Assembly: GCA_002104905.1 (NCBI GenBank)
Contig: MCFE01000158.1
Span: 1-64,000, forward strand
Origin: Basidiobolus meristosporus CBS 931.73
Taxonomy: Eukaryota; Fungi; Basidiobolomycota
Reading direction: 5' to 3'
DNA length: 64,000 bases
Part shown: piece after piece, positions 63,523 through 64,000 of the stretch
How positions within the stretch are numbered: position 1 is the first letter of the stretch
How the letters are laid out: each line of letters opens with the position of its first letter
Notes under the pieces: generated by a model
Databases searched by the model: none
Told to the model about the DNA's origin: nothing
Seen by the model: only the letters and a program-made list of their open reading frames with translations
Position numbers and translations under genes: made by a program

Positions 63523-64000
63523 ATGGTCCCCATACCAGGTCTCAACTCATCTTTAATACAACCCAGACAAAACCCATCCCCTAGCTCACAAGCGTGGTCC
63601 GGACGGGAAAAGTTGATGTTGGATCCATTTGAGTTCTTGCCAAATGATTTTAGTATGGCCCAAGTGTCTATTATGAGCCTTCATACAGACATTTGGGCAC
63701 TACTGATTAATCTAGCAGAACTAGATACCTTGGAGAGACAACAAAGATGGAAGAATTTGAGTAGAAAGCTGTGGCATGAGTACTACATCAAGATGCCAGC
63801 CAATGTAGGTAAGAAGATATATAACAAGACAAGTATTGAAATCAAGAATGAGCTGAGAGTGAGGGGATTTGATGAAGAAGCCACACGGGAACAATTTTGT
63901 GCGCAATTTGCATGGTACAGGCCGGATGTGTCCATTTGTGCCTCAACTTTGGGAACCAAAGAGATCTTGAATGAGTTTTTGCCTCAAATGACTAATGTAC
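63523..64000 (+). CDS. Open frame (at least 159 codons) running off the window end; possible second ORF of the Harbinger-like element
   Basis: Stop-free from ATG 63523: ...DIWALLINLAELDTLERQQRWKNLSRKLWHEYYIKMP...; divergent from the transposase. Not in the ORF track because it has no stop. Confidence 0.45.
   Translation, partial: MVPIPGLNSSLIQPRQNPSPSSQAWSGREKLMLDPFEFLPNDFSMAQVSIMSLHTDIWALLINLAELDTLERQQRWKNLSRKLWHEYYIKMPANVGKKIYNKTSIEIKNELRVRGFDEEATREQFCAQFAWYRPDVSICASTLGTKEILNEFLPQMTNV

Overview
Eukaryotic (fungal) genomic DNA: short GT-AG introns with CTAAC/CTGAC branch points, plus Scm3, Tup1, Rcy1 and Ecl1 homologues. The gene content (TMEM243, roadblock) suggests an early-diverging fungus, possibly Basidiobolus-like; this is inference only. 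About 1.6-45.5 kb is a dense housekeeping gene block: coiled-coil protein, NDUFS3, mitoribosomal bL31m/mS23/mL46, Rcy1, HIU hydrolase, Scm3, Cgr1, tRNA-Arg(TCG), dynein roadblock, Smc5, Brn1, Coq4, Tma22, Tup1, MsrA, T5orf172 protein, TMEM243, Ipp1, Ecl1, fasciclin, a tail-to-tail pair of Crz1-like C2H2 genes, and YhhN plus a decayed copy. It is flanked by CpG-depleted transposon remnants at 1-1.5 kb and ~45.8-64 kb: copia remnants, a CACTA-type transposase, a 207-bp-repeat protein family, and a Ty3/gypsy element inserted into a Harbinger/ISL2EU transposase that itself appears to interrupt a copia LTR. The most unusual structure is the zinc-finger pair: diverged 5' halves but near-identical ~0.94 kb inverted 3' arms, with one copy frameshifted in a CAA microsatellite. 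All calls were made by eye; exon boundaries and TE edges are approximate and no database search was run.
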